DNA of 63,873 nucleotides, counting the filler, from Octopus bimaculoides (Eukaryota), in the NCBI RefSeq assembly GCF_001194135.2. It is 5 parts of 5 records of this genome, joined end to end, with 100 filler letters (N's around TTAATTAATTAA, not from the genome) between each part and the next. Parts side by side here need not be neighbours in the genome. Positions count along the whole stretch, not along the records: positions 35,070 to 62,032 come from NC_068990.1; 4 more parts are not named here. One strand, written 5' to 3'. Under the pieces are notes generated by a model. That model searched no databases, was not told the DNA's origin, and was given only the letters and a program-made list of their open reading frames with translations. Below, one piece after another: positions 36,590 through 51,035 of the stretch (position 1 is the first letter of the stretch; every line of letters begins with the position of its first letter). Both the position numbers and the translations under genes were made by a program.

Positions 36590-37090
36590 GACAGTTTAAG
36601 TTGCTTTGGTGGTATTTCTTTCACTTTGTTCCAGGTGCCACCTGAGCTCAACATGTCGTTTGCTGAGTGGTATCCCCCATGAAGCAAATTTGAAGGAATC
36701 GGTGTTCAGCTTTGTTGACAGGAAGAATAGAGCCTATCCGATGATAGGTTTGGCCCTGAATTTTGAACGTTGGCATATAGGAGCCTTCATCAATGGGTTT
36801 GTGACTGAAACTTGCCATCTGGAAGCGTGAATTTTCTGTATAAATTGCTGCGAATCAGGGCGTTAGCCAAGGAGTAAAGAGAGAAAAGTATGAGGAGTGT
36901 TTTGGAGGTCAGACAAGTGAACCTTTCCGTTTGAGCAGCATAGGCCACTGAATTCTCCAACCCACTTGAGGGCCTTGCAAAATAGACATATTACAGACAT
37001 ATCCCCTATAACAGTCCCTTGATGAGTGGCCTAATCGTCAGCAGGGTCATAGTTGAGCACTTTTGATTACATCGACTAGTCGATGGCTTC
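36590..37090 (-). mobile_element. Helitron Rep N-terminal fragment
   Basis: Minus reads IGDMSVICLFCKALKW..CCSNGKVHL, then FQMASFSHKPIDEGSYMPTFKIQGQTYHRIGSILP..FLQICFMGD. Confidence 0.85.
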
Positions 37091-37096
37091 CAATAG

Positions 37097-37168
<72 letters not shown>

Positions 37169-37798
37169 AATAAATATATTTACATATATATACACACACA
37201 TATATACATACATATATATACATATATATGTATAATATAGATGTAAATATTATGCAAACATATATTCATATAACGGTGTGCGTTTATCTGTGAGCGTATA
37301 TTATTAATTCTGTTCAGAAGCTGGCAGAACACAGTATTTCCCCATCGTACACCAGTTATACCTCACAAACCTGTCTTTTAATTGCATACTAGCCTGTCTA
37401 TAAAGACAAGAAAAACTTGCATGATAACACAGAAGTTAATTGTGAGATTATGTTGAGATATATCAACAATCGTTAAAAGTAAAACACTTGCTTCACAAAC
37501 ACAGCCGCATGTGTCACTCAACACCAATAAGTCATTAGTTGTCTGTCTTTCTGTGTGTGTTTCTTCCTCTTTCACCTTCTTGTCTTCGAAATGCCGTGTC
37601 TTGTTCTCTTTCAATTTTCAACTATATGCATGCTTGAAATATACTAATATACTTATGTATGTATGCGTGTATGTATGCATGTATGTATGTACGTACGTAT
37701 GTATGCATGTATGTACGTATGTATGTAATGTATGTGTGTATGCATGTATAAATATATACATACATACACACACACACGTGTATACACACACACACGTG

Positions 37799-37838
<40 letters not shown>

Positions 37839-39015
37839 TATGATCTAATTATAAATCTCACAGAGAGAATTAAGCAGCAGTGTTACGATAAAGCAGTTGT
37901 ATACTGTCAACTCAATGTGACAGTCCCAATAAGGGAATCATACTGCTGCTATTTAGCCCTAGGAAGCTGGACCGCTTCTTGTCGGCCCTTCCTGTATCTA
38001 TATATATACGCATACACACATACACACACACACACAAACACACACACAGACAAACATGTACGGACACATATATGTATGCACCTACATTCACACATACATT
38101 GTACGCTTGCATGTGTGCTTGTGTCTATGTGCATATCTGTGTGTTTGAATATAACTCCAATACGTAGGATATGAAAATTACAACGTCAGTATACTGTGGT
38201 GACGACAGACTTTCCAGAAAATAAATTGAATTTGAATGATGCTCATTGTGCAACGATTTGATGTACTGTCGAGTAATATATTGGATTTTCAATGATATTG
38301 ATACAGGACGCACACACACACACATACAGAGAAACACACACACGCGCGCACACAAACGCGCGCGCACATACACGCGCGCGCACACACACGCGCGCACACA
38401 CACACACAGAGCAAAGCAGTTAGAGGAAGAGAAGGAGGACGAGGAAGAGAGAGCTTATTGGAATGCCTTTGTAAGTGATCGCAGAATTGAAAATCCCTCA
38501 TATATACACACATTACAAAAAAAAAAAAAAAATTAAATTTAAGCAGCAACACGATATTGTAACGAACATATTTGCATATATTTTTTGAAGCCTTTCTATA
38601 TATTTACATACATACGTACTTTTAAATTCCTATAGACACTCATACAATTCTTAATCAATGTATCTCATAAATAGATCAGCACCAAAATATATTGTGTATG
38701 AAACGGAAACATACATAGTGTTCCGCGCAAACACTCACAAACATTTATCTAAATATGCAAAAATATCCAGATCGATTTAAAATGTCGATGTACGAAGCCC
38801 TGTCTTAAACCGTAGCATGATGTAATTCCTATATTCTAATCGATAAAAAATAATTGGCTTCTGTCACAGCTTAACTATTTTAGCGCTTGTCAAACCTACA
38901 ACAATTTTTTCTGTGGATTGAATCCAATTAGTCACAGTCGTATTATCTCCCTTTCTGATGGTATTTTAGGAAACATTTAAAGGCTTTATCTACACTTACT
39001 AATATCGCACACAGC

Positions 39016-39068
<53 letters not shown>

Positions 39069-39493
39069 ACTGTACATACATGCACTCATACACACATACA
39101 CACATAGGCACATACATGCACGCATGCATACGTACATATACACACACATACGTACATAAATGCATACTTGCATACACACATAAACATACACATTAATGGA
39201 TATTTGTTTTAGATGTAGAAATGAAATTAAATCTTCAATAAGAGTTGGCCTTGGTCTTCAAACATTCTATTATATTCTCATCATTTGGAACTAGTCAGCT
39301 GCGATTCCTTCAGCTTCATGACGTTATCATAAGGAGAAATTGGATGGAGGGAAGAAACAAAGAAGAACAAGTATAAGGGGAAAAGACATGTACATGGCGA
39401 GTAAAAGAAATACACAATTTCACACACACATGTATGTATGTATGTATATATACATATATAAATATAATATGCTTATATATAAAAGTAGAACTT

Positions 39494-39528
<35 letters not shown>

Positions 39529-40330
39529 CTAGCAGAGATACCCGGCGTTGCTCAGGATTAAATGGCATGGTTTGTATGCGATACGGGAAAGCGCAGCATT
39601 GATGACAACACATTTGTGGAGTAAATGAGACTAATTTGATTAAGCAACATGCCATGCGTCTGTTTGGAGGATTTCAGGCCCTAACCGGTCATGGAAAATT
39701 GGAGGTGGGGAGATATGGGATTTCTGAACGCACTTCAAAGCTGTAAGTGGATATATTCTCCTTTGTGGCGACCGGCGCTGCATCTAACACGTCTCATCAT
39801 ATGGTTGACAGTCGAATGTATGTAGGAGTAATGGAGATATTGTACGTAAATGGGTACATTCCAGGAAGTGGCTGCAATGGGAGACAGCAACGGGGAAGTG
39901 AACTGTTGAAATGTTGCAGAAGGCAAAGAGTTCATATTGGATTGGTGGTGTGGCTGTAGAATAAGAAACAAACTGATACCACGCAGTCACCTGAGAAAAT
40001 GTATTAATGAATTACTTGAACAAATAAGGCGTAATGGCTTACCGCGTGGTTGGTGGGAGTAGTTGGAGAATATGCTGTGATATTGAAGTCCATACAGGAA
40101 ACTGCTTTCTTGGCACAGTCTTAGGCTTTGTTGGTATTATACACAGAGGAGTGGATACTGGAGTGCATCGTAGGATGTAGTAATTCCTACAAAACCTCTT
40201 GTTTGCAACATTGTTTGCTTTCCAATTTGGAACATATGCAAATAGATTCTGTTTGCTTCTCACTCTAGAGTAGCCAACATATAATTGCCCGTGTGAGAAG
40301 CACGACTCTTCCAAGTGTTATGAGAAAGTA
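39529..40330 (-). mobile_element. Helitron 3' fragment (helicase C-terminus, hairpin and CTAG end)
   Basis: ESCFSHGQLYVGYSRV..NNVANK lies at 40190-40314. The GC hairpin cccggcgttgctcagg at 39541-39556 precedes CTAG|T at 39529. Confidence 0.82.
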
Positions 40331-40435
40331 TTTACATGATCCTAAGTAGTCATATGGTTCCGGGTTCAGTCCCACTGCGTGGCACCTTGAACAGGTGTCT
40401 TCTGATATTATATTATATTATATTATATTATATTA

Positions 40436-40935
40436 TATTAGGTTGTTTCACATGAAATGCCGCAGTTTTAATTAATTGTTATTTCAGTCATTTAAAAACT
40501 CACTTATGTATACCTTGCATTTAATCTTGACTCTTTCTTTCCCAACAATATTGGTATACAAAATTCGTACCCACAGACCTTATAAAAATGATAACAACCA
40601 AACTATGTTCCGTGATTTTCTCGCATTAATACAAACTGGGCCACTCTGCCGCAGAAGCTCTACGGAATATCGAGCGAGCCTTTTGGTAATGGTTTTGTTG
40701 ACATTAGAACTATTCAGAGCATTTAATCCATCATGCCGAATAACTAATTTTGGCCTCCCCCTTGATTTATATTCAAGGCTATCTTCTCCTGAACAAAATC
40801 CGAGAACAAAGGGTAAAAAACATTCATCAGAACGCCAAACATCGAGCACAACTGTTTTGGACACCTGTAAACAAATTGGAAATGTCGAGAAAACGGATAG
40901 GTTTGTTCCACATCAACTGAACGAGCCACGCCTGC
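40436..40935 (-). mobile_element. Mariner deletion derivative (TIR and HTH remnant)
   Basis: TIR-like tattaggttgtttcacatgaaatg. Minus reads FCSGEDSLEYKSRGRPK, resembling mariner FRSGDFSLEDxPRSGRP. Confidence 0.6.
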
Positions 40936-40974
40936 ACCCATATATATAATATATATAGAATACATATATATATA

Positions 40975-41005
<31 letters not shown>

Positions 41006-43469
41006 NNNNNNNNNNNNNNNNNNNNNNNNNNNNNNNNNNNNNNNNNNNNNNNNNNNNNNNNNNNNNNNNNNNNNNNNNNNNNNNNNNNNNNNNNNNNNNN
41101 NNNNNNNNNNNNNNNNNNNNNNNNNNNNNNNNNNNNNNNNNNNNNNNNNNNNNNNNNNNNNNNNNNNNNNNNNNNNNNNNNNNNNNNNNNNNNNNNNNNN
41201 NNNNNNNNNNNNNNNNNNNNNNNNNNNNNNNNNNNNNNNNNNNNNNNNNNNNNNNNNNNNNNNNNNNNNNNNNNNNNNNNNNNNNNNNNNNNNNNNNNNN
41301 NNNNNNNNNNNNNNNNNNNNNNNNNNNNNNNNNNNNNNNNNNNNNNNNNNNNNNNNNNNNNNNNNNNNNNNNNNNNNNNNNNNNNNNNNNNNNNNNNNNN
41401 NNNNNNNNNNNNNNNNNNNNNNNNNNNNNNNNNNNNNNNNNNNNNNNNNNNNNNNNNNNNNNNNNNNNNNNNNNNNNNNNNNNNNNNNNNNNNNNNNNNN
41501 NNNNNNNNNNNNNNNNNNNNNNNNNNNNNNNNNNNNNNNNNNNNNNNNNNNNNNNNNNNNNNNNNNNNNNNNNNNNNNNNNNNNNNNNNNNNNNNNNNNN
41601 NNNNNNNNNNNNNNNNNNNNNNNNNNNNNNNNNNNNNNNNNNNNNNNNNNNNNNNNNNNNNNNNNNNNNNNNNNNNNNNNNNNNNNNNNNNNNNNNNNNN
41701 NNNNNNNNNNNNNNNNNNNNNNNNNNNNNNNNNNNNNNNNNNNNNNNNNNNNNNNNNNNNNNNNNNNNNNNNNNNNNNNNNNNNNNNNNNNNNNNNNNNN
41801 NNNNNNNNNNNNNNNNNNNNNNNNNNNNNNNNNNNNNNNNNNNNNNNNNNNNNNNNNNNNNNNNNNNNNNNNNNNNNNNNNNNNNNNNNNNNNNNNNNNN
41901 NNNNNNNNNNNNNNNNNNNNNNNNNNNNNNNNNNNNNNNNNNNNNNNNNNNNNNNNNNNNNNNNNNNNNNNNNNNNNNNNNNNNNNTATATATATATATA
42001 TATATATTGAGAGATGGAAATACAGTAGAGTAAAGAATAAAAAGAATAAAAAAGACAGAAAAGACGAAGATGAAGTATGATTTAACTGTAAGAAATTATG
42101 TAGAAGTTGAAATATGGTTACATAACAATCCTGCTTTCTCGTTGAAGTTAATTATTGACGTCAGGGACATGAGATTACAAGAATAGTTTATGGAAACCAA
42201 TGAGAACATTTAATTGATTTGAGAGGAAAACAACTACAGTGGCATTGGCATTGGTAGAACATAAATCTTGTTCTCGACTTAATGTAAACGAAACAAACGT
42301 ATGGTAAGTAGAGGAGCGTCGCTAGTTACTATTTTGGCAATGGACTTGCAAGAAATACAATTATCTTGTAACGGGTTACTCATCCTTGCTGTTGGTAAAT
42401 TCTATATAAAAGCATAGTTTTGTGAGGTTTTTGAAGGAATCATTTTTATGATATGTCTTTAGAAACCGTACAGGATATTTTCTATACCAGGTAATTCAAA
42501 ATTCAATTTAGCAGGTTTCAGTTTTCATGTACCTGCCTTTAGCCATGATAATAATGCCTGATGTTTAGTGGATTAAATGGTGTCTACAAATGGCGTCTTG
42601 TATCATTTACGCGTAATGTCACGTGTCTGCGTGATTTTTAGGTTTAATTATCAAATAGATTTTTACGTTTAATTCTCTGTGTTTCATTCCGATGGTTTGT
42701 CGTTTTAGAGCTAAGCAGACCCTGAATTGAGCTACTCCGTAAATCACTTGAATGTTTTATGAAGGGCAAGACGGCGAGAAAAGTTCGAATATATTTCTCG
42801 CTTCCATAAAATTTGAACTTGTTCGTGCATTATGTTTCCTAACCATGTATATGCATTTTGTTTGAGACAGTGACAGCAATTATATATGTGTATATACATA
42901 CATACATACATACATAAACAGATATAGATAAACAGACAAACAGAACAGGCACACATATATATATGTAAATAGATAGATGGATAGATAAATAGATAGATAG
43001 ATAGGTACATACATACATGCATAAAAACATACAAACATACATATTACAAAAATATTCTCTTCAAATCAATCGAAGAGAGTGTTAAAATAATTTGCAATAA
43101 AATTTATAACAAAATCAAATATAAATATTGTAATTACCATTTAGACGCTAAAGGGTGTTCTGAATCATTGTGTAACATCTACAAAACATCACCCATTTTC
43201 AAGGAGGTAGGATATGATTTATCATATAGTAATTAACGTAGGCAGCAATGACACAATATCCGAAATATGAGAGTAATATCTATTAAAATGACCTTTTAGA
43301 GCTGGTGCAGATAACATTGATATATGGGTCTGAGTAATGGAAGCTTACAAAACTAATACAACACAGCCTAAATAGAGCGTATAATTAAATATTGCAGAAG
43401 TTAAAGAAAGTTTCTTTGGATCAACCTTTACCGAAAATGCATACCGAATGAAATCATAATCGTAAGCGA

Positions 43470-43706
43470 TGCCGGCACCCTCCGACTGGCACCATCTTTG
43501 GCACCATTTACATTCCGGTGGCACGTAAAAAGCATCTACTACACTCTCCAAGTGGTTGGCGTTACAAAGGGCATATCCACCTGCCGAAACCTTGCCAAAT
43601 CAGATTGGGACCTGGTGCAGTCCCCCGGTTTGACAGTTTTCAGTCATACCGTCCAACCCATGCCAGCATGGAAAGCGGACGTTAAACGATGATGATGATG
43701 ATGATG
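43470..43706 (+). mobile_element. RTE LINE 3' end with (GAT)n tail
   Basis: ccggtggcacgtaaaaagca..ccaacccatgccagcatggaaagcggacgttaaacgatgatg. Confidence 0.85.
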
Positions 43707-43711
43707 TAGAT

Positions 43712-43756
<45 letters not shown>

Positions 43757-44099
43757 TTATTAATAGGAATCATGAAATATTGTAGACTTCAGTTTGTGGG
43801 ACCGTTAGTGGAGAAAAGATGAACCTGTACGTCAAATATTACTGTAGAAGCGAAGGCAGAGAGCTAGCAGGATCGTTTGCATGCTGTGAAATGCTTGGCA
43901 CCATTTCGTCCGTCTTTACTTTCTGGGTCCAAATTCTGCCTAGGTCAACTTTACTTTCATTTTTTTCGGGGTCAATAAAATTAGTAATAAAAATCGATTC
44001 CAGATCACTGGAATCGATGTGATCAACTTATCCACTTTCCAAAATTGCTGATCTAGAACCGGTATTAGAAACCACATAGTACAGTGGAAAGACATATAT

Positions 44100-44255
44100 G
44101 GTATTAGGAGCAGGCCTTGTTCGACATATGTTTAATTATTGCTGGAGAAAACAAATATTGAAGAATATTGTGTTGTAGAAATGAAGGACAGGGAAGCGTG
44201 GAAGAAACTGATAGACAAGATTCGAAAATGCCTAATGAGACACGTCACTTTTGAA
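44100..44255 (+). mobile_element. LINE ORF C-terminal remnant
   Basis: GIRSRPCSTY..EMKDREAWKKLIDKIR resembles the RTE-type C-terminus GRP..TY..M.DRE.W. Confidence 0.4.
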
Positions 44256-44444
44256 AACATTTGGCTGATAGACGGCCAGTCCTGCGATCAGCTTTTTAAG
44301 TTACGTGATATATTCAAATTTTGATTCTGTCTTGTTCTGAAGGGAAGGTCAGTGATCTTGAGCATTTTCATGGCGACGAAACTAACAGAAAAAATGTGTA
44401 TTTAAAACGAAAATCTGGCTTCTGAATACGTATGCATGTGTGAG

Positions 44445-44491
<47 letters not shown>

Positions 44492-44989
44492 ATTGTGAAC
44501 AGAGTGAGCTCTGATAAAGGGATTCAGCAATCTCATCTTAATCTATAAACCTTCCAAAAGTCTACCGCTGTGGCGTTTTTGTTATACGAATAAGATTCGA
44601 ACTATTCGGACAATTTGAACTACAAAATATAGGAAGCTTGTGAAATGATTGCCATTTTATATTTTTCCCGCTGCATACCTCGGTGGTAAGCCATTCATGG
44701 CATGAGGTTTTAACTTACATTTGGAAGTTTGTTTCTAAGCTATGTACACAACATTGAGATGTTAACGTTGTACAAAACATCGACCAGACAGGCGCTTAGC
44801 CGGAAAAAAAATATTTCTACTTATCTCTCACATATTTGTTTAAGACATGCATAATTCATAAATATATCGGTTAGGAAAGCCTATGAAAACAAACATGTTT
44901 CCCCACGACGAAACACAGGGCATAATGCCATTTGCTAACACTTGCTCAAAGGTAATATGGATTTCAAAATATAGGCATACTAATACACA

Positions 44990-45075
<86 letters not shown>

Positions 45076-45420
45076 NNNNNNNNNNNNNNNNNNNNNNNNN
45101 NNNNNNNNNNNNNNNNNNNNNNNNNNNNNNNNNNNNNNNNNNNNNNNNNNNNNNNNNNNNNNNNNNNNNNNNNNNNNNNNNNNNNNNNNNNNNNNNNNNN
45201 NNNNNNNNNNNNNNNNNNNNNNNNNNNNNNNNNNNNNNNNNNNNNNNNNNNNNNNNNNNNNNNNNNNNNNNNNNNNNNNNNNNNNNNNNNNNNNNNNNNN
45301 NNNNNNNNNNNNNNNNNNNNNNNNNNNNNNNNNNNNNNNNNNNNNNNNNNNNNNNNNNNNNNNNNNNNNNNNNNNNNNNNNNNNNNNNNNNNNNNNNNNN
45401 NNNNNNNNNNNNNNNNNNNN

Positions 45421-45668
45421 ATTTGAACTCTGAATGTAGAGACGGACGAAGTGCCGCTAATAATAATTTCAAATTTCGGCACAATTTCGGGGGATGTAAA
45501 TCGATTACATCGATTTCATTACTCAGCCGCTACATATTTTATCGACCTCGGAACGCTGAAACGCAATTTTGACCTCAGGGGTCTTTGAACCAGGATCAAG
45601 AACGTAAAGACGGACGAAATACCACTAAATACATTGTCCAGCTTGCTAACGATACTGCCAGCTCGCTA
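45421..45668 (-). mobile_element. SINE family B fragments (rearranged)
   Basis: atttgaactc..gacggacgaa.., tttatcgacctcgg.. and aacgtaaagacggacgaaatacc..ctgccagctc. Confidence 0.65.
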
Positions 45669-45670
45669 CT

Positions 45671-45742
<72 letters not shown>

Positions 45743-45790
45743 ATAATAATAATAATAATAATAATAATAGCAACAACAACAACAACAATT
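45668..45790. repeat. Compound trinucleotide microsatellite (CTA)n(TAA)n(CAA)n
   Basis: Directly visible. Confidence 0.95.
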
Positions 45791-46917
45791 ATGATTGGCC
45801 TTCAACATTCAGTAATATGTAGTACGTGTTGTAAGCAGGGAATATACAGGAGCTCACTGAAGAATTATAGTAAACAGACTACTCAGACGTTTTGTGATCG
45901 ATAGCCAATGACGTGACTGATAAAGAGAAGGAGATAACTTTTTCCAAGTAGAAACAGAGATTGATATATCTGCATATTTATCATTTCACTCAGGCAGCGC
46001 ATGTAAACGGATACGTACATACATACATACATGCATACATAGAGGTGTGAGTGTATGTGTGCGTGCGTGCTTGTGTGTATGAGTGCATGTATGTGTGTGT
46101 GTGTGTGTGTAGATAGCAACGTATCGCATCTTTCCTGCCTGCTTTCTGTTAACTGGATCATTGAGACTTAAACTACTTGTCTGTGAATACAATGCAGTCT
46201 TGTTAGAGAATAGTTTCAAGAATGCATACATACATACGTAGACATATTTATACATAGAAAAATACATACCCACACACACTTGCACACACACTCACACACG
46301 CATATATACACAAACATACATACACACTCACACAGAAGCACACATGCATATACATATATATATATCCACATATACGTATATATATAGATACATACACATA
46401 CATATAAACACACACACACACTCACAGATTTCATACATACACACACACACACACACACACACTCACAAAGTTTAAAAGGAGAGTTTGACAGAGAAAAATG
46501 GAAAAGAACTAGAATAAATGGAAAATAGTGAAGAATATGTCGTAGGACGAAGCAAAAATATAAACGCGTTTGATTAAGAGTGCTAGTATGTATCGAAGTC
46601 ATCTCAGAAACTTGTTTCTCGGTGTTTATATTTCAATATTCCAACCTAAAACATGTCAATATGTTAGTAAAAGCTCGTAATGCCGTATAAAATTCTATTT
46701 ATTTTTGCTTATGAGGTGAGTGACTTTTTACTTGAAATCATCTGCGTTGTCTCTTGGGAGGTTATCGATTTATCCGTCACCTTGTTGGATTTTCTTTTTG
46801 TAAATTATATATCGCCATAGACAGGAAGATAAATATTGTAACCGCGCCGATGAAACAGACAGAGACATTGTAAAAAGCGAACGAAAAAAAGTATCAATTT
46901 GTAAAGCAACACTGTAA

Positions 46918-46960
<43 letters not shown>

Positions 46961-47187
46961 NNNNNNNNNNNNNNNNNNNNNNNNNNNNNNNNNNNNNNNN
47001 NNNNNNNNNNNNNNNNNNNNNNNNNNNNNNNNNNNNNNNNNNNNNNNNNNNNNNNNNNNNNNNNNNNNNNNNNNNNNNNNNNNNNNNNNNNNNNNNNNNN
47101 NNNNNNNNNNNNNNNNNNNNNNNNNNNNNNNNNNNNNNNNNNNNNNNNNNNNNNNNNNNNNNNNNNNNNNNNNNNNNNNNNNNNNNN

Positions 47188-47219
<32 letters not shown>

Positions 47220-48114
47220 CAACGCGAAGTGTTCTGGAATGGCTCAATGTGAGTTGCGCATACAAGGAGCGTTCTCTGATGATATGGAACAACATATTTC
47301 ACTTAGTTTTTCTTAACATGAATAATGATAAAAATAGCGCAGGTTAAGACGATGCTTTATGAACGCTGACAAATCCGTACAAAGGAAATGGTTGTTTAAC
47401 TATTACAGCTTTTTTTTTATTGTGTGATAATCATGAATTAATTTCAAAATGAAATCACCATTGCATGACCCATATAACAATATACAGTGACATATATTAT
47501 TAAGATGTAAGCAACTTCATTGTGAGACAATTACTTGCTCGCGTTGGGAGAAAGCTGGAACAATTTCTGAGCTTATTATCTAAATTCAGTTGATCATTTA
47601 TGTTTCAAATGGCACCCCGTAACGAATACAAATTAATAAAATCATTTTATTGTATTATGACACAGATGTTGCTTAATTGGCGTCGATGTTGCGCTTAAAT
47701 TTTGATACCAATGTATCTCTTTCATACGCTTAATAACACCATGTAATCTTAGAGATAACTTAATGTAGTCTTAATGTAGAGAATTTCACTCCATTGAAAG
47801 CATTTGGAATAGATTTCCAGATTTTCTTGCTGCTCTACTTTCTTTTGCAGACATTGCCCTGCACAGGTTCAATCATGCCATCGGTTGCAATAATCTCACG
47901 AGATTGGGAGAGACTTGAAATATTCTATGGAATGTTTGACTTCATTGAAGTGATTAATAAATAACAATGTAAAATATTTGAATCTCACTTATTGGGGAAC
48001 ACTTAGGAACCATAAGAACATCCTTAATTTCAAACACCTACTGTCAAATGAAACATTCTCAATTCCTATTCTTTATTTCTAACAAATGTATGCCATTCAA
48101 GCTATACAGAGAAA

Positions 48115-48380
48115 CATCGGGTGGCCTAGTGGTTATGATTTTGCACTCGCGATCCCAAGATCACCATTTCAATTCCCAGATCAGGAGGCGGTTGTGTTCT
48201 TGAGCAAAATGCTTCATATCACGTTGCGCCAGTCTACCAAGCTGTAAATGAGTAACTCTACAACAGACTAGAGTCCCGTTCAAGGGTATTGTTTTGGTAT
48301 CGGTCAATAATATGCCATAGAAACCGGTTAAGTGACCCTATAAATCCTTGGTCTCGAGACGGTAATGTTCATGGCTTGAT
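48115..48380 (+). mobile_element. tRNA-derived SINE, family C-like head
   Basis: gggtggcctagtggtta..tttcaattccc..gtgttcttgagcaaaatgcttcatatcacgttgcgccagtc. Confidence 0.6.
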
Positions 48381-50609
48381 GATGATGATCATATACAGGG
48401 AAAACAACATGTATTCCGTCTTTTTGGTCGTTGGACATTCACAGGATTTTAATTACTTGGTGTTTCCTATTACGCCAACGATAATCAATGCGTACTGATG
48501 ACAATTATATTATGCCTAAAGCTTTATTTAGTTGTCAGTTTATCCACTTGGCCGACCAATTTCATTTAGCTATCACAGACAATTATCAACTTTAAACTAT
48601 GAAAGATTTTAAGTAATTCTTGTTGATTTATTTATATTCTGCTTCAAAACAGACGAAAATAATTTCTGAAGGACGTGTGAAGCAATTTTATTTTGAAAGT
48701 AAGTGCCGGATATTAGATGGTATTAAATGGAAGTCAAACCTGCATAACATTTCATCTGGTATTCTTCGGTTACAAAATGATGACTATTTCCCTGCTTTAT
48801 AACTGTACATTCATGTGGCTTCGGTTTTAATCTCACAATGAGGCACGTTGGGTAAATATTTACTATCACATGTCCAGCCGGCAAATATCTTGTGAATGAA
48901 TTTAGTAGATGGTAAGCCCGTTGGATATATATACGAGGAAGCACCAAGAGGTACCTGGCTTTGGGTAAAAGAAAATACAGGACGATCAGATAATTATGAT
49001 TTTATTCAGATTCACATACTTGTAACGATCCTTTAGTTTTTCTAAACCCTGTAAATAAAAGAAGTCGGAAGGTATTGTACACAGGGGGCTATTTTAATGT
49101 AATGCTGTTTCAATTGCATACACCGAGATTTTAAGAAATGAAAATAAAATTAAGAAAATAATACGACTTTTGATACTTACAAACGAAACATTTTGTTTCA
49201 TTTTGAACCGAACAAGAGGATTCATTGTAGCAGCCAGCGACACAAAGATCGATTTTAGTGATATTTAAGAGTGTGGTTCGGCAGACTGTGATGTGGGCAT
49301 TAAAGAAGGTAACTAAGTATAACTAGAGCAGTCAGTTCGTTACTCTTCTTTGCAGCAATATATCAATGCTTTGCATGACACATATTTTTCCTTCGTGTTA
49401 CGTAGATCGATAAAATTTTTTTCAGGTTTTGTAGTGTCAGCCATATGTAACGTGACTATATGATGACCATTACGTGGAATTGAGAAAATAAATGAAATAT
49501 TACTATGGCAATTGGATTCTTACGTTCCTTAGTTGCAATACATAATTGCCTTACAGACTAAATGTTTCCCATTATATGTCCTACTTGCAAATCTCTCGGT
49601 TGATGAGGGCCCTTAGAAATTACGTGCAAATGCTGTAGTATCAGCGATGAAGTGAAGTGATTATAAGACGATGCTCATAGATTTTTATAGGAATTCAGGA
49701 GTGTAAGAATAGTTTTAATACCTTTGAGTCCCTCCGATATAAGCCGAGTCTTAAGCTGTTGCCAAGAACATGGCTTTCGTTTGTCTCGGTCGGCAATATC
49801 CAAATGTATAGTTCTTTTTAATAGCCCAACTACTCAACATTATTGTGAAAGGATAGGGGTCAGTGTTAGTCATGCATTATTTAAGAGAATTTGAAGAAAG
49901 TTAACGACGCAATTTGTCGACTCATCTTCTCGAAAACTTTAGAATGTTACACCTTAAATGCTTTCTTCATAAGTAAATTCTTTTAATTAGCGTCAGCAAA
50001 TCAAAAACTCCGTCCATTGCCTGGGGTTTACGTCCTGCATAATAGTGTTAGACACTAAATATGGGATATAAGTTACAATCGTAAGAATTTTGTGGATGCT
50101 TAAGCGATGGGAAAGAGAGTCTAAATTTAGTAAGATATGTTGTATCTAACTCAGAAACGAGAAAGAATTTGTAAAATGAAGAGCAATTAATCATCAAGTA
50201 AATGAGAAACTGAAGGAATTCATTGCCGCGGGAGAAATATTATCAAGAATTATCGCGAAAACAAATAAAAACAACAATAATAATAATTTCCATGAATAAA
50301 ATTAATTTGGAATTTTGCACTGTGGATTGGTAAAATCGTTAGAACGTTGGATACGTTGCCTTGAGTTATGCTTTGCCTCATTACGTTCTGCATTCAAGTC
50401 TTACTGATGTCAACTGTGGCTTTCACCCAATCAGTGTCGATGTAATCAGTTGCTGATCTGTAATAAAGGGTGAATAATACAAAAGTGCAAAATCAGGACA
50501 ACCACGAGATTCTAACCGGTTGTGTTGTCTTATATTGGTTTCAGTAACCATCATCATAATGTAACAAGATATATTACTAACCAACATCTACTCAGGAACT
50601 TCCTATTAT

Positions 50610-50788
50610 AGGCGCAGAAGTGGCTGTGTGGTAAGTAGCTTGCTTACGAACCACATGCTTCCGGGTTCAGTCTCACTGCGTGGCACCTTGGGTAAGTGTC
50701 TTCTACTATAGCCTCGTGCCGACCACAGCCTTGTGAGTGGATTTGGTAGACGGAAACTGAAAGAAGCCTGTCGTATATATGTATATGC

Positions 50789-50820
<32 letters not shown>

Positions 50821-51035
50821 TTGTGTGTCTGTGTTTGCCCCCCCCCCCAACATCGCTTGACAACCGATGCTGGTGTGTTTACGTCCCCGTAACTTAGCAG
50901 TTCGGCAAAATAGGCCGATAGAATAAGTACTAGGCTTACAAAGAATAAGTCAGGGGGTCGATTTGCTCGACTAAAGGCAGTGCTCTAGCATTGCCGCAGT
51001 CAAATAACTGAAACAAGTAAAAGAGTAAAAAGAGA
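50610..51035 (+). mobile_element. SINE family A, full length and CpG-intact
   Basis: tRNA-like head ggcgcagaagtggctgtgtggta..gggttcagtc, an internal (TA)/(TG) microsatellite, and the tail gaaacaagtaaaagagtaaaa. Confidence 0.9.

Noticed and set aside
42225-42310. Strong gtaagt donor with an open upstream frame
   Set aside because: The acceptor is poor, and another frame resembles a decayed LINE C-terminus (QLQW..).
47275-47305. CTGATGA plus a TATG..CATA stem
   Set aside because: It is followed by TTTC rather than GAAA, so the hammerhead core is incomplete.
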